In this document: positions 18,199 through 27,917 of the stretch, in pieces
Layout of the letters: every line of letters starts with the position of its first letter
Position numbering within the stretch: position 1 is the stretch's first letter
IMG/VR virus record: IMGVR_UViG_3300032286_000437
Location: 1,802-65,801 of that record
Reading direction: 5' to 3' (one strand)
DNA length: 64,000 bases
Source of the DNA: a virus
Taxonomy: Duplodnaviria; Caudoviricetes
Program-made: the position numbers and the translations under genes
Notes under the pieces: generated by a model
Told to the model about the DNA's origin: nothing
Seen by the model: the letters and a program-made list of their open reading frames with translations, nothing else
Databases searched by the model: none

Positions 18199-19106
18199 AC
18201 ACGGACTTCCCAGAGTATTTATTTGTACCAAAAAATCAAGGAATATATAATCACTGCGTAGATCAAGGAGCAAAGATAGCTTCAACAAAAACTATTTTAT
18301 TTTGTGGCATTGCTCGTAATGTTGAAAAAAACTTACAGAGAAATATAGACTGTATGCGTAGAACCGGTAGTCTATTTAAAGATTATCGTATTTTTATATA
18401 CGAAAATGACTCATCAGATAATACTGCTCAAGTTTTAATGGACAATAGATCTAGTCAATTTATGTATTTGTCTGAGAAAAGAATGGACCAAGACTATCAA
18501 GCTAAAATAAAATCTGGCGAGGATATGTGGCATTACAATAGGTGCATAGTCTTGTCGGAGTGTCGAAACAAATACCTACAATACATTGAACATTCAGATA
18601 CACAATTTGATTATGTTTGTATATTAGACTTGGATCTTAAAGGCGGTTGGTCTTACGATGGTGTAAAACATGCTATATTTACACTGGAACGTGATCCGTT
18701 AAATGCCTGCGTGTCTGCCTATGGAGTGTTAGCAGAAAAGGACGGCAATGACTTATTAGAGCAGCATAAAGTTAGTAATTATATTATGTACGACTCTTTT
18801 GCCTTTAGACCTTTAGGATGGAATATAGGTCTTCATATGATGAGTACCCCGATGTTTAATCATATCAAAGTTCAGCGTGGAGATGAGCCAATTGAGGTAG
18901 ATTCTAATTTTGGTGGAATGGCAATATATAAAACCCAGGCGTTTAAAAACAAAACTTATGAAACCAAAAAATGGTTAGAAGGATTTGTAGATTCCGAACA
19001 TATAGTAATGCATCGAAAAATGAAAAAAGAAGGATGGAAAATACTAATTGATCCTAGTATGATTGTTTCATACTGTCCTCATAAATATTCAATAGGTGAA
19101 GAATGA
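18195..19106 (+). CDS. GT-A glycosyltransferase (CAP59/GT69-like)
   Basis: ENDSSDNT, RNKYL, LDLD DxD, YDSFA, VDSNFGGMAIY, SEH. Confidence 0.7.
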   Translation: MNTDFPEYLFVPKNQGIYNHCVDQGAKIASTKTILFCGIARNVEKNLQRNIDCMRRTGSLFKDYRIFIYENDSSDNTAQVLMDNRSSQFMYLSEKRMDQDYQAKIKSGEDMWHYNRCIVLSECRNKYLQYIEHSDTQFDYVCILDLDLKGGWSYDGVKHAIFTLERDPLNACVSAYGVLAEKDGNDLLEQHKVSNYIMYDSFAFRPLGWNIGLHMMSTPMFNHIKVQRGDEPIEVDSNFGGMAIYKTQAFKNKTYETKKWLEGFVDSEHIVMHRKMKKEGWKILIDPSMIVSYCPHKYSIGEE

Positions 19107-20170
19107 TTAACGTAGTTAGCCCAATCAATCAACTTGGATATGGCATAACATCTTTAAACCTAGTAAAGTCTTTAGCCAAACAAACTCCTGTTTGCTTATG
19201 GGTACTTGGTCAACCACAAGTAACAAATCAAGATGACGCTGATCTAATTTCAACATGTTTACAAAATAGAAATTATTTGGACTTTGATGCGCCCTGTATT
19301 AAGATATGGCACCAGAATGACATGACTCAGTTCGCTGGTAGAGGCAAAAGAATCGGTTTCCCCATCTTTGAGTTGGATAAATTTAATGACCTAGAAAAAC
19401 ACCATCTTAATTCATTAGATTCAATATTTGTATGTTCACAATGGGCTAAAAATGTTGTATTGTCTAATATTGATATTAATTCAAATGATGTACATGTTAT
19501 ACCTCTAGGTATTGATAAGAAAATATTTCAAAGTAATACTACAGACAATTCTGGGAAAACCATATTCTTAAATTGTGGTAAGTGGGAAGTTAGAAAAGGT
19601 CACGACATTCTATATAAGATATTTAACATGGCGTTTGAACCATCTGACAACGTAGAATTATGGATGCTTTGTGAGAATCCATTCTTAAGCCCAAATGAGC
19701 AAAAAGAGTGGCAAGATCTATATACTAAGTCTAAATTGGGGGATAAAATCAAGATATTTCCCCGTCAGCAAACTCAGGAAGAAGTGTATAATATCATGAG
19801 CAATTCAGATTGTGGAGTATTTCCATCTAGAGCAGAGGGCTGGAATTTAGAGCTATTAGAAATGATGGCCTGCGGAAAGCACGTTATAACAACGAATTAT
19901 TCAGCCCATACAGAATTTTGTACAAGAAACAACTCCAAGCTAGTCGATATTGAAAAGTCGGAACTTGCATACGACGGCAAGTGGTTTCATGGTAAGTGTG
20001 GTAATTGGGCCAAAATTGACAATAACGCTATAGATCAATTTGTAAATCATTTAAGAGATATCCACCTCATGAAACAGGCTCAAAATCTAACCCCAAATCT
20101 AGAGGGTATTAAAACTGGTGAATATTATAATTGGGATCATTCAGCGAGGTTGGTGCTATCTAATGTTTAA
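19103..20170 (+). CDS. Glycosyltransferase family 4
   Basis: GKWEVRKG, PSRAEGWNLELLEMMACG. Confidence 0.88.
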   Translation: MINVVSPINQLGYGITSLNLVKSLAKQTPVCLWVLGQPQVTNQDDADLISTCLQNRNYLDFDAPCIKIWHQNDMTQFAGRGKRIGFPIFELDKFNDLEKHHLNSLDSIFVCSQWAKNVVLSNIDINSNDVHVIPLGIDKKIFQSNTTDNSGKTIFLNCGKWEVRKGHDILYKIFNMAFEPSDNVELWMLCENPFLSPNEQKEWQDLYTKSKLGDKIKIFPRQQTQEEVYNIMSNSDCGVFPSRAEGWNLELLEMMACGKHVITTNYSAHTEFCTRNNSKLVDIEKSELAYDGKWFHGKCGNWAKIDNNAIDQFVNHLRDIHLMKQAQNLTPNLEGIKTGEYYNWDHSARLVLSNV

Positions 20171-20546
20171 TTTCTTCAAAAAACCTAAATTAGAACCAGA
20201 TCTTGTTATTGAGCATAAGCACCTTGGTGAAATAGACAAGTTGCCATTAGCATCTATAACCTATTATATAGGGGCTGATCATAAGCCCATCATTGATATC
20301 GGCCTTGAAGACTACAGCGCAGACGCTATAGACGCTCTGTGTAAGCTTCTAGACACGCTCTCTAACGAGAGCATCTACATAGAGACAATCAACATGCTGA
20401 AACAGGGATTAATCAAAGATCAGCAAGAAGAAGTTTTACTTACTATCTTTACCCATATAAGTCAACAGGCAAGATATAAAATAGCAAATTATCACAAGGA
20501 AAGCATAAAGGACGAGCCTTGCATTAAACCTTCCGACATGCTATGA
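20163..20546 (+). CDS. Hypothetical protein
   Basis: Operon ORF. Confidence 0.6.
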   Translation: MFNFFKKPKLEPDLVIEHKHLGEIDKLPLASITYYIGADHKPIIDIGLEDYSADAIDALCKLLDTLSNESIYIETINMLKQGLIKDQQEEVLLTIFTHISQQARYKIANYHKESIKDEPCIKPSDML

Positions 20547-20565
20547 TTAGCAAAGGAGTAGCTGG

Positions 20566-20991
20566 ATGCAAAAATTTACTAAGAAAATAGGTTGGCAGAA
20601 ATATGAAGATTTTATCGAAAAACAACTATCATCACCCTTATTGACTACCATTTTTCAGAATTTAGCTATGCAGAGTATGCAAAGCTATGTAGAAGATGAA
20701 GAATTAGACGATGAGGAAGGTGACGCAATAACAAGCCCAAGTATTAATCCATTAGTTCCATTGACTAGTCAATTAATAGACGATGTAGCTATGCTATCTA
20801 GTTTTGATTGTTGGATTGGTCATACTAATTTCGATATTACTCCTAAGATTAAAGATAAGCTCAACCAAATCCCCGGCGTAGAATTACTGAAGATTTGTAG
20901 CAGATATAGATTTTTTATTGGCGTAGGCCAAATGTTTGATTTTACAGAAGTTAGAAATACAATTGAAGAACAAATTATTAAAGGAGATTGA
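20566..20991 (+). CDS. Hypothetical protein
   Basis: AAGGAG RBS; CWIGHTNFDIT..PGVE..SRYRF motif. Confidence 0.65.
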   Translation: MQKFTKKIGWQKYEDFIEKQLSSPLLTTIFQNLAMQSMQSYVEDEELDDEEGDAITSPSINPLVPLTSQLIDDVAMLSSFDCWIGHTNFDITPKIKDKLNQIPGVELLKICSRYRFFIGVGQMFDFTEVRNTIEEQIIKGD

Positions 20992-20992
20992 T

Positions 20993-21472
20993 ATGTCCAA
21001 TGCGTTGAGTTTGAATGATAAAATTGAAGAGGCTCTTAAGGATGATAACATACTAAAGATAATGAATCGGGCTTCTAAGAGGTTTAGAGGACAGTTAGAT
21101 AATGATACTATCTATACCTGTCAAATTAATGCTCTTTGGAAGGCTTTCGTTAATCATGATCCCAATAAAGCAGCTAAATTCACCACATATTTGTTTAACG
21201 GGGTATTTATTGAGTGCATGAAAGAGATCAAGTTTAAGAACAAGTTTCAGAGGTTTGGTGGCAAGTTGCATGATAATATTTCTAGCGAAAAAGACCCATT
21301 CCTCATGATAGACATATTCGATGAGCTTAACGACGAGGAAAAGCAGATATTTATAGACAAGGCTAGCAACATGACAATTGCTGAAATGTCTCAAAAATAT
21401 AACACAAATCGTGAAAGCACAAGGCGAAAAGTACACAAGATTATCAAAAACATTAGCAAGAAATTTGCATAA
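20993..21472 (+). CDS. Phage sigma-70-family (ECF-sized) sigma factor
   Basis: Region 2-like ALWKA..HDPNK.AKFTTYL; region 4 HTH MTIAEMSQKYNTNRESTRR. Confidence 0.75.
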   Translation: MSNALSLNDKIEEALKDDNILKIMNRASKRFRGQLDNDTIYTCQINALWKAFVNHDPNKAAKFTTYLFNGVFIECMKEIKFKNKFQRFGGKLHDNISSEKDPFLMIDIFDELNDEEKQIFIDKASNMTIAEMSQKYNTNRESTRRKVHKIIKNISKKFA

Positions 21473-21474
21473 TC

Positions 21475-21487
21475 GTGTATAAATAAA
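21475..21487 (+). promoter_or_regulatory. Putative late-type promoter
   Basis: GTGTATAAATAAA, contains T4-late-like TATAAATA. Confidence 0.55.
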
Positions 21488-21550
21488 TAGGAATTGGACT
21501 ATACAAGGACATGGATATTAAAATACACTCATTTTACAGGAGAAATATCT

Positions 21551-22189
21551 ATGGCCTCTACAAAAGCAATTAGTGCTAACGCTCAAAAGAATAATGGCGG
21601 TACAATAGTCCAAGCTGGCAATGTTGACACAAGTGGTAAGGTGTCGGTTTCCAGCCTACAGTTAACTTCCATCAACGCTTCAGCAAATAAAGCTTATGGT
21701 TCATTGGTAGTTGCTGACAATGCCGTTGGTGGTGGTTCTAGCGACCCTCACGGCGTAAAGACAGCAAAGAGTGGCACAGGTGGTTTAGCCTATTTTCCAA
21801 ACCGTGCCGCTGGCGATACTAATTTTATTATCAGAGGCGCTGGCGACAACGCTTCTAAGATTAATAATGATTCTTCAACTCTACTAACTATTCCCGGCGG
21901 TGCAACAAATGTGACAATTAACAAACGGGTCACAACTCGTCAACTTGGCACATATGCAACAGCTTCGTATAATATTCTCGCAGTACCAAATGGCAATGTG
22001 GTTCCCGGCAGAACAAAGGGAAGTGGTGCAGGTTCATCTGTAGCCTATGTACAGGCAGACGGTATTACATCGGCAATAGATGCCGCCGCAGCAGTAAGCC
22101 GTGCAGTTCCCGGTAATCTTACCTATATGTTTGGTGCAGTCAAGGCAGTAAGCGTATCTTACAAAGCTAAGAACTCTTTCGAATCTTAA
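21551..22189 (+). CDS. Gly/Ala/Ser-rich putative virion protein
   Basis: AGGAG RBS; composition; downstream of late-type motif. Confidence 0.55.
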   Translation: MASTKAISANAQKNNGGTIVQAGNVDTSGKVSVSSLQLTSINASANKAYGSLVVADNAVGGGSSDPHGVKTAKSGTGGLAYFPNRAAGDTNFIIRGAGDNASKINNDSSTLLTIPGGATNVTINKRVTTRQLGTYATASYNILAVPNGNVVPGRTKGSGAGSSVAYVQADGITSAIDAAAAVSRAVPGNLTYMFGAVKAVSVSYKAKNSFES

Positions 22190-22211
22190 TATTTAGTAGT
22201 ATCTAGTTAAA

Positions 22212-22249
22212 TATAGCGGGTGCTTTTTAAAAGAAGTACCCGCTGTATA
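22212..22249 (+). terminator. Hairpin / terminator overlapping TGTATATAA motif
   Basis: TATAGCGGGTGCTT/AAGTACCCGCTGTA. Confidence 0.6.
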
Positions 22250-22270
22250 TAACATAACTTTGGAGAAATC

Positions 22271-22864
22271 ATGATAGATTTTAAAAATCCAGAGTCAATA
22301 ACTCTAATCATAAGCTTGCTTGGCGGCTTTGGTACTTTCTTAAGTTTGGTGTGGGTCAAAGCTGTTAGACCTATTATTAAACTCATGAATGGTCAAGAGT
22401 CAGTGGCTAGAGCTATTAAAGATATTAAGAAGGAACTTACTACAAATGGAGGAAATAGTTTAAAAGATGCCGTAATTGATTTAAGAACAACTTGTCACAG
22501 GATGGAAACAAGGCAAAAGATTATAGAACAACGCACAAAAGCTGCCCTACATTATAGTTTAGTATCACTATTTGAAACTGATAATAAAGGGCGCATTACA
22601 TGGGCAAATGAAAATTTCTGCAAATTAACATCTAATAAATTACAAAATGCCGAAGGGTATGATTGGATTTCATATATAGACGAAAATGAAAGAGAAGATT
22701 TTCTCGCAGAATTTCAATCTTGCTTAGATATGAGTAGGAAATTTATGAGAATTAGTAAAAACTGTGACGGCAAATTCGTACAAATGATCGGTTTTCCTTA
22801 TAAGATTAACGATCATGAGCATGGGGGTTTTTTAGTAAGTGTTTCAGAAATCAAAGAGGTATAA
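22271..22864 (+). CDS. TM + coiled-coil + PAS-domain protein
   Basis: N-terminal TM; NGGNSLKDAV linker; FETDNKGRITWANENFCKLT..EGYDWISYI PAS signature. Confidence 0.75.
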   Translation: MIDFKNPESITLIISLLGGFGTFLSLVWVKAVRPIIKLMNGQESVARAIKDIKKELTTNGGNSLKDAVIDLRTTCHRMETRQKIIEQRTKAALHYSLVSLFETDNKGRITWANENFCKLTSNKLQNAEGYDWISYIDENEREDFLAEFQSCLDMSRKFMRISKNCDGKFVQMIGFPYKINDHEHGGFLVSVSEIKEV

Positions 22865-22866
22865 AA

Positions 22867-23076
22867 ATGTTAACTTCAAGAAGTTATCAGTTAGATAAGA
22901 ATGATGTTATAGCTCTAGCAAAAAATGCTGTGCTAGTTGGTTTAGCCGCAGTATTAACCTACGTTGGAGAAAATCTAGTCAAACTAGATCTTGGTCCTAG
23001 TATTGCTTTATTTGTTCCAGTAGTAGCTATGGTGTTAGATTCAGCAGTAAAATGGGCCAAGAATAACGTAAAGTAA
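22867..23076 (+). CDS. Holin-like 2-TM protein
   Basis: 69 aa, two hydrophobic helices, basic C-terminus. Confidence 0.55.
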   Translation: MLTSRSYQLDKNDVIALAKNAVLVGLAAVLTYVGENLVKLDLGPSIALFVPVVAMVLDSAVKWAKNNVK

Positions 23077-23088
23077 AGGAATAATCCG

Positions 23089-24009
23089 ATGTTTAAAACT
23101 CCAAATGAGCTTTTACAAGCTTATAAAAATGGCTTACAAGGCTCATGGTGCGACCCAGAGGATGTGTCAAAACTCTTAGGGGAATTGCCACATCCTTTGT
23201 TTGGAGCCGCAGCCTATGATTTAACTGGAAGCGGCAAAGGCAAACTTGCTCTTTTATTTAAGAGTATTCAGAAATTTGATCCCGATTTTGGTAGATCAGA
23301 ACGACAAACTACTGGAGATTGCGTGAGCCATGCTACAAGAAATAGTGTAGATATTACACGCTGCCATGAAATAATAGGTGGTCAGCATGAAGATTTCATA
23401 ACTCGCGGTGCTACAGAAGGCATTTATGGTTGTAGGGGTCATGGCGGTCAAGGAATGTCATGCTCAGAAGCTGCACGATTCGTAAATAAAAATGGCGGTA
23501 TCTTACTAAGACAAAAATATGGCGAGATTGATCTTTCGGTTTATGATAGTACTATTGGTACAAAGTGGGGTTCTAGAGGAATTCCAGAAGATATTATTAA
23601 AGCGGCACAAAAACATCAAGTTAAAACTATTAGTTTGATTAACACAACAGATCAAGCAAGAGATGCTTTAGCCAATGGATATTCTATTTCCGTGTGTAGT
23701 AATTCTGGTTACTCTTCTCGTAGAGATAAACATGGTATAGCAAAAAGAAGTGGAAATTGGGGCCATGCGATGGCATGGGTAGGAATGGACGATACACGCG
23801 AAATATATAATGAAACATTATTTTTGGTGCAAAATTCTTGGGGTGTTTGGAATGGCGGTGATAAACGTCATGATCAACCCGATGGAAGTTTTTGGATTAG
23901 ACAAGGTGATGCAGAAGAAATGTTAGCTGCTAATGGTTCTTGGGTATTTAGTGATGTAGACGGTTTTCCAGCCAGAAAAGTAAATTGGACTATTAACGAA
24001 ATATTTTGA
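23089..24009 (+). CDS. Papain-like (C1) cysteine peptidase
   Basis: QTTGDCVSHA, WGHAM, VQNSWG, GSFWI. Confidence 0.85.
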   Translation: MFKTPNELLQAYKNGLQGSWCDPEDVSKLLGELPHPLFGAAAYDLTGSGKGKLALLFKSIQKFDPDFGRSERQTTGDCVSHATRNSVDITRCHEIIGGQHEDFITRGATEGIYGCRGHGGQGMSCSEAARFVNKNGGILLRQKYGEIDLSVYDSTIGTKWGSRGIPEDIIKAAQKHQVKTISLINTTDQARDALANGYSISVCSNSGYSSRRDKHGIAKRSGNWGHAMAWVGMDDTREIYNETLFLVQNSWGVWNGGDKRHDQPDGSFWIRQGDAEEMLAANGSWVFSDVDGFPARKVNWTINEIF

Positions 24010-24046
24010 AAAACATTTCAATATTTATTCAAATTAAGGATAGTTT

Positions 24047-25963
24047 GTGACTACTTCATACGAAAACATACAAATTCGCCGTGGTTCAAATACAGATTTT
24101 AATCAAGTAAATCCTATTTTAAAAGATGGTGAGCCAGCATTTACTATTGATGACAATATATTAAAAATTGGAGACGGTGTAACTCCTTGGAATGATCTAT
24201 TATCAATTGGTGGAACTGGTGGAAATTCTAATCTAATAAAATATTCCTATTTTTTAAATGCAACGCCATTTATAGCAGCACACTCAAGTTTTCGTTTAAT
24301 ACTTGATGCTCCAGATGTTTTAGAATCAAAAAGATATTCTATAATAGCTTCACCATCAAGATCTTTTTACGATGGAATGGTTATAGCGTATTCTTATGTT
24401 AGCGCAGATAATGAAATAACAATAGTTTTAGTAAATGGTAATTCAAAAGATATTCCTTTTGAAGAAGCTTCGTTAGTAATAAATGCAACAATTATTTTAA
24501 TGGATGAATTTAGTGATATTATTGATGGTCCAACTATTTTAGATCCATCTGTATCAACAACAACAACTACTTCTGGCCCCACAACAACCACTACTTCTGG
24601 TCCCACAACAACAACTACTTCTGGCCCCACAACAACAACTACTTCTGGCCCCACAACAACAACTACTTCTGGCCCCACAACAACCACTACTTCTGGTCCC
24701 ACAACAACCACTACTTCTGGTCCCACAACAACAACTACAACAGCTATACCAAATAGAGCTATCACATTCGCCGCATATGGAAGAAGAACCTTAACCTATA
24801 CACATCCCTCGTATAACTCAACGTCAACATTAGATACTGGAACGATAAATGTCGGTACTGGTAGCAATCCAAGTTATTATGGAACCTATGATCAAGACGG
24901 TAATGTTTATGAATTGATAGAAGATTTTAATAATGGTCCAGAAAGCATTAATAATCCTGATCAGACCAGAATTGCACTTGGCGGGGATGTTTTCTCAGAA
25001 AATGGATTCGAAAGAGTTAGCGTTGGCAGTTTTGGCGAAAAGGATTATATCTACTTTAATAGAATACCAAAGGGGGTAATTCCAATTAAGCCAATAGGTA
25101 ACACAATTAATTTATCAAATCCTTTAGGCAATGATTATTTTGGATTAAGATTAGTTAGAAATACTGAACCTCCAAGCAATGAATTAAGTTCATGGTGTAA
25201 AGTTGGAAATATATCAAATCCACCAGATCCATTTATTAACCCAATATCCAGCAATGGTAATATATACGGCACAGTTATTGACGGCGGATTCTCTAATACT
25301 AGGGTTTCATATTATTTAAATAATCGCGCACAGTCAACGAACCCTTTAAATAGAATAGGGTCAGTAGGTTATGAATATTGGATTAAAAAAGTGCCTGTCA
25401 CATATTCAGAATTTGTTACATATCTAAATTTGGTTGACCCAAATGGGATTCACTTTTTTAATTTAAGATATTGTATAATAGGAATGCAACAGTCTGGTTC
25501 AAACTTTATTGTTCCAACAGAAAGTAATTCGGATACTGGGCTTAGAGTACCTCACGGTAATTATTTATTACACGATAATGGTAGAGGAGTTGGTAATAGA
25601 TATTATGTTAATCCATACCATTTAAATAAACCTGTTTATAGTTTGAACTGGACTCATGCTGCAAGATATTGTAATTGGATACACAATGGAAAAGGCAATG
25701 CGGATACAGAAAATGGGGCATATGATTTAAGACGCAACGAAGAATTAACATATCGTATAACCAGACAAAGTGCTGAAATAGCAGCTATTCCAACACTAAA
25801 TGAATGGCATAAAGCAGCTTATTATAATCCTATTAGTAATACATATTACAATTTTGCTACCCAAAGTAATAGACTTCCGCAACCTTGTAGCCAAAATATA
25901 TCTACTGGTAACGGAATCATCAACTTGACACAAAACTCAATATACGTACATTACCCACTTTAA
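24047..25963 (+). CDS. Tail fibre/adhesin: Mtd/hyaluronidase-type N-anchor, poly-Thr linker, permuted FGE-sulfatase (C-lectin) domain
   Basis: IQIRRG..NPILKDGE..KIGDGVTPWNDL; GTYDQDGNVYE; AARYCNW; PTLNEWHKAAYY; GTG start. Confidence 0.75.
   Translation: MTTSYENIQIRRGSNTDFNQVNPILKDGEPAFTIDDNILKIGDGVTPWNDLLSIGGTGGNSNLIKYSYFLNATPFIAAHSSFRLILDAPDVLESKRYSIIASPSRSFYDGMVIAYSYVSADNEITIVLVNGNSKDIPFEEASLVINATIILMDEFSDIIDGPTILDPSVSTTTTTSGPTTTTTSGPTTTTTSGPTTTTTSGPTTTTTSGPTTTTTSGPTTTTTSGPTTTTTTAIPNRAITFAAYGRRTLTYTHPSYNSTSTLDTGTINVGTGSNPSYYGTYDQDGNVYELIEDFNNGPESINNPDQTRIALGGDVFSENGFERVSVGSFGEKDYIYFNRIPKGVIPIKPIGNTINLSNPLGNDYFGLRLVRNTEPPSNELSSWCKVGNISNPPDPFINPISSNGNIYGTVIDGGFSNTRVSYYLNNRAQSTNPLNRIGSVGYEYWIKKVPVTYSEFVTYLNLVDPNGIHFFNLRYCIIGMQQSGSNFIVPTESNSDTGLRVPHGNYLLHDNGRGVGNRYYVNPYHLNKPVYSLNWTHAARYCNWIHNGKGNADTENGAYDLRRNEELTYRITRQSAEIAAIPTLNEWHKAAYYNPISNTYYNFATQSNRLPQPCSQNISTGNGIINLTQNSIYVHYPL
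24557..24724 (+). repeat. 7 x 24-bp coding tandem repeat (TTTTTSGP)
   Basis: ACAACAACMACTACTTCTGGYCCC units. Confidence 0.95.
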
Positions 25964-25985
25964 TTTTGTTATAATTGGAAAAATT

Positions 25986-27908
25986 ATGATATTACCAGAA
26001 AATCAAAATACATACGAGCAAATATGCAACCAATATTTGAAAACAAATCCAAATATCACTGGAATTGGTATTGGTAAAAAAATTAAAAACGGGGAGCGAT
26101 TAGATCAGTTAAGTATTATTTTTTCTGTACAAGAAAAAAAACCACTATCAGAATTGTCAGAAGAAGAAATTATTCCACAAAATATTAATATAAACAATCA
26201 AAATATAATATCAGATGTTGTTAGATGTGGTAGAGCTATTAGAGTTGGATGTAAAGATTGGGTGCAGGGACAAAAAATTATTGATGGATATGGAACTGGA
26301 ACTAATGCTACAGCAGAACAAAATCTTCATAGAGTTAGTGTTAGGCCACTGGTTGGTGGAATATCTATTACAGAACAAAGTGGATTATCAGAATATCTTG
26401 GAACACTAGGATGTTTAGCAATAGATAATGAAGATGGCAAAGTTGTTGGATTAACTAATTCCCATGTTGTTTGCGAATGTTACGTTGAACCAGAAGATCA
26501 ACTATCTATATACAGTTTTAATTCTTCTGGGGATCCAATTATTCAGCCAGCACTCTATGAACCATATAATGGGTCCGTGACCTCGCTACCATCAAACCAG
26601 TTAATAAATAAAATTGGAACCGTTAAAAGATATGCTTCGTCAAATTTTAATAATATCTATTTTGATAGTATTCCAAATTATATTGACGCAGCAGTAATTA
26701 GTATAGATGCTGGCAAAGCAACCTCTGCATCTTTTGGTATGCTTGGATTTAATGAAACAGGACCGCTACCATTTGCCACAACCTCGGAAATAAATAGTTT
26801 AATTTCAAATGACTGTCCGCTAGCAATTAGTTCAAGAACTACAGGAGCAAAAAATGTAGACTGTGGAATAATTGCTACTGAAATAAATTCTAGTGCATAT
26901 ATTGCCGCAGAAAGATGCCTTCCTTATGATAATGACTATATTCAACAATTAATTCCTTGGTTGGGCGGAGATTTTGATTTTTGGAGAGGTGGACAGAGAA
27001 AATACATATACTATAATGATCTTGTCAAATTCGAATATGCTGATGGTTCTGATGGTGTTTCAGTTGGTGGAGATTCTGGAAGTGCTGTTATAGCACTACT
27101 TCCCGGCGGTGTAAGAAAAATAGTCGGATTATTATTTTTAGGAACAACTGACGCAGGAGCAACGGCTGGTTGGTTTTGTAGAATAGATAGGGTAGCACAA
27201 ACATTAAATGTATCTCAATGGAATGGAAATCTTAATTTTTCTAACCCATCAACTTGGCAGTATATAACAAAACCAGTAGTACTACCAGATCCAGAAAATG
27301 ACTTAATAGATCTACCTTTAACAATTACCGAGGGTGGTAAAAAATATTGGAGAATAGGAACAACTTCTCAATCAATTACAGGATCTGTTATAACTACAAC
27401 TTTAACACCCACAACTACAACTTTAAGGCCAACAACTACAACTTTAAGACCAACAACTACAACCACCACCACAACAACCGCTACCCTTCCTCCACCACCA
27501 ATATTGTCAAATTTTTCTTGGGGTCAACGAGAAACGCATTCTTTTCATTGGGATGTAGCAACGATACCATATACTAAAACTGTATCGCCAGATAGTGTAA
27601 AAGTAGAATATTTCAATACTTATAACAATCAATGGACTCCTTTTAAAGAGAGTGTTACTGGCTGCGAGCCGGGAACTTATAAAAATACTCCAACTAGCCC
27701 ATGTTCTTATAATAGAAACTGGACAAGTTATAAATGGTTCCCTAATGATAATGCCATACAAATATTTAAATTCAACAAACTACGACGCATTGTACCACCA
27801 GTAACAGTACCAGATCCTAGAGAAGCAGGTATTTCTAGAATATTCCGTATATCATTTGGTTATTCTGGAGTTTATGGAACACCCTCAGAAATTACAATAA
27901 CAACATAA
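25986..27908 (+). CDS. Trypsin-fold (Nal1-like) serine protease with Thr-rich linker and C-terminal domain
   Basis: GTLG, LTNSHV, IDAA, SRTTG, GGDSGS. Confidence 0.75.
   Translation: MILPENQNTYEQICNQYLKTNPNITGIGIGKKIKNGERLDQLSIIFSVQEKKPLSELSEEEIIPQNININNQNIISDVVRCGRAIRVGCKDWVQGQKIIDGYGTGTNATAEQNLHRVSVRPLVGGISITEQSGLSEYLGTLGCLAIDNEDGKVVGLTNSHVVCECYVEPEDQLSIYSFNSSGDPIIQPALYEPYNGSVTSLPSNQLINKIGTVKRYASSNFNNIYFDSIPNYIDAAVISIDAGKATSASFGMLGFNETGPLPFATTSEINSLISNDCPLAISSRTTGAKNVDCGIIATEINSSAYIAAERCLPYDNDYIQQLIPWLGGDFDFWRGGQRKYIYYNDLVKFEYADGSDGVSVGGDSGSAVIALLPGGVRKIVGLLFLGTTDAGATAGWFCRIDRVAQTLNVSQWNGNLNFSNPSTWQYITKPVVLPDPENDLIDLPLTITEGGKKYWRIGTTSQSITGSVITTTLTPTTTTLRPTTTTLRPTTTTTTTTTATLPPPPILSNFSWGQRETHSFHWDVATIPYTKTVSPDSVKVEYFNTYNNQWTPFKESVTGCEPGTYKNTPTSPCSYNRNWTSYKWFPNDNAIQIFKFNKLRRIVPPVTVPDPREAGISRIFRISFGYSGVYGTPSEITITT
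27392..27500 (+). repeat. Thr/Pro-rich coding repeat (TTTTLRP-like units)
   Basis: ACAACTACAACTTTAAG-type 21-bp units, then poly-Thr and poly-Pro. Confidence 0.8.
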
Positions 27909-27917
27909 GGATAAAAT

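Noticed and set aside
24557-24724. Regular repeats as a possible CRISPR array
   Set aside because: Head-to-tail 24-bp in-frame coding repeats with no unique spacers
24047-25963. Diversity-generating retroelement target
   Set aside because: No reverse transcriptase or adenine-variant template repeat visible in this window
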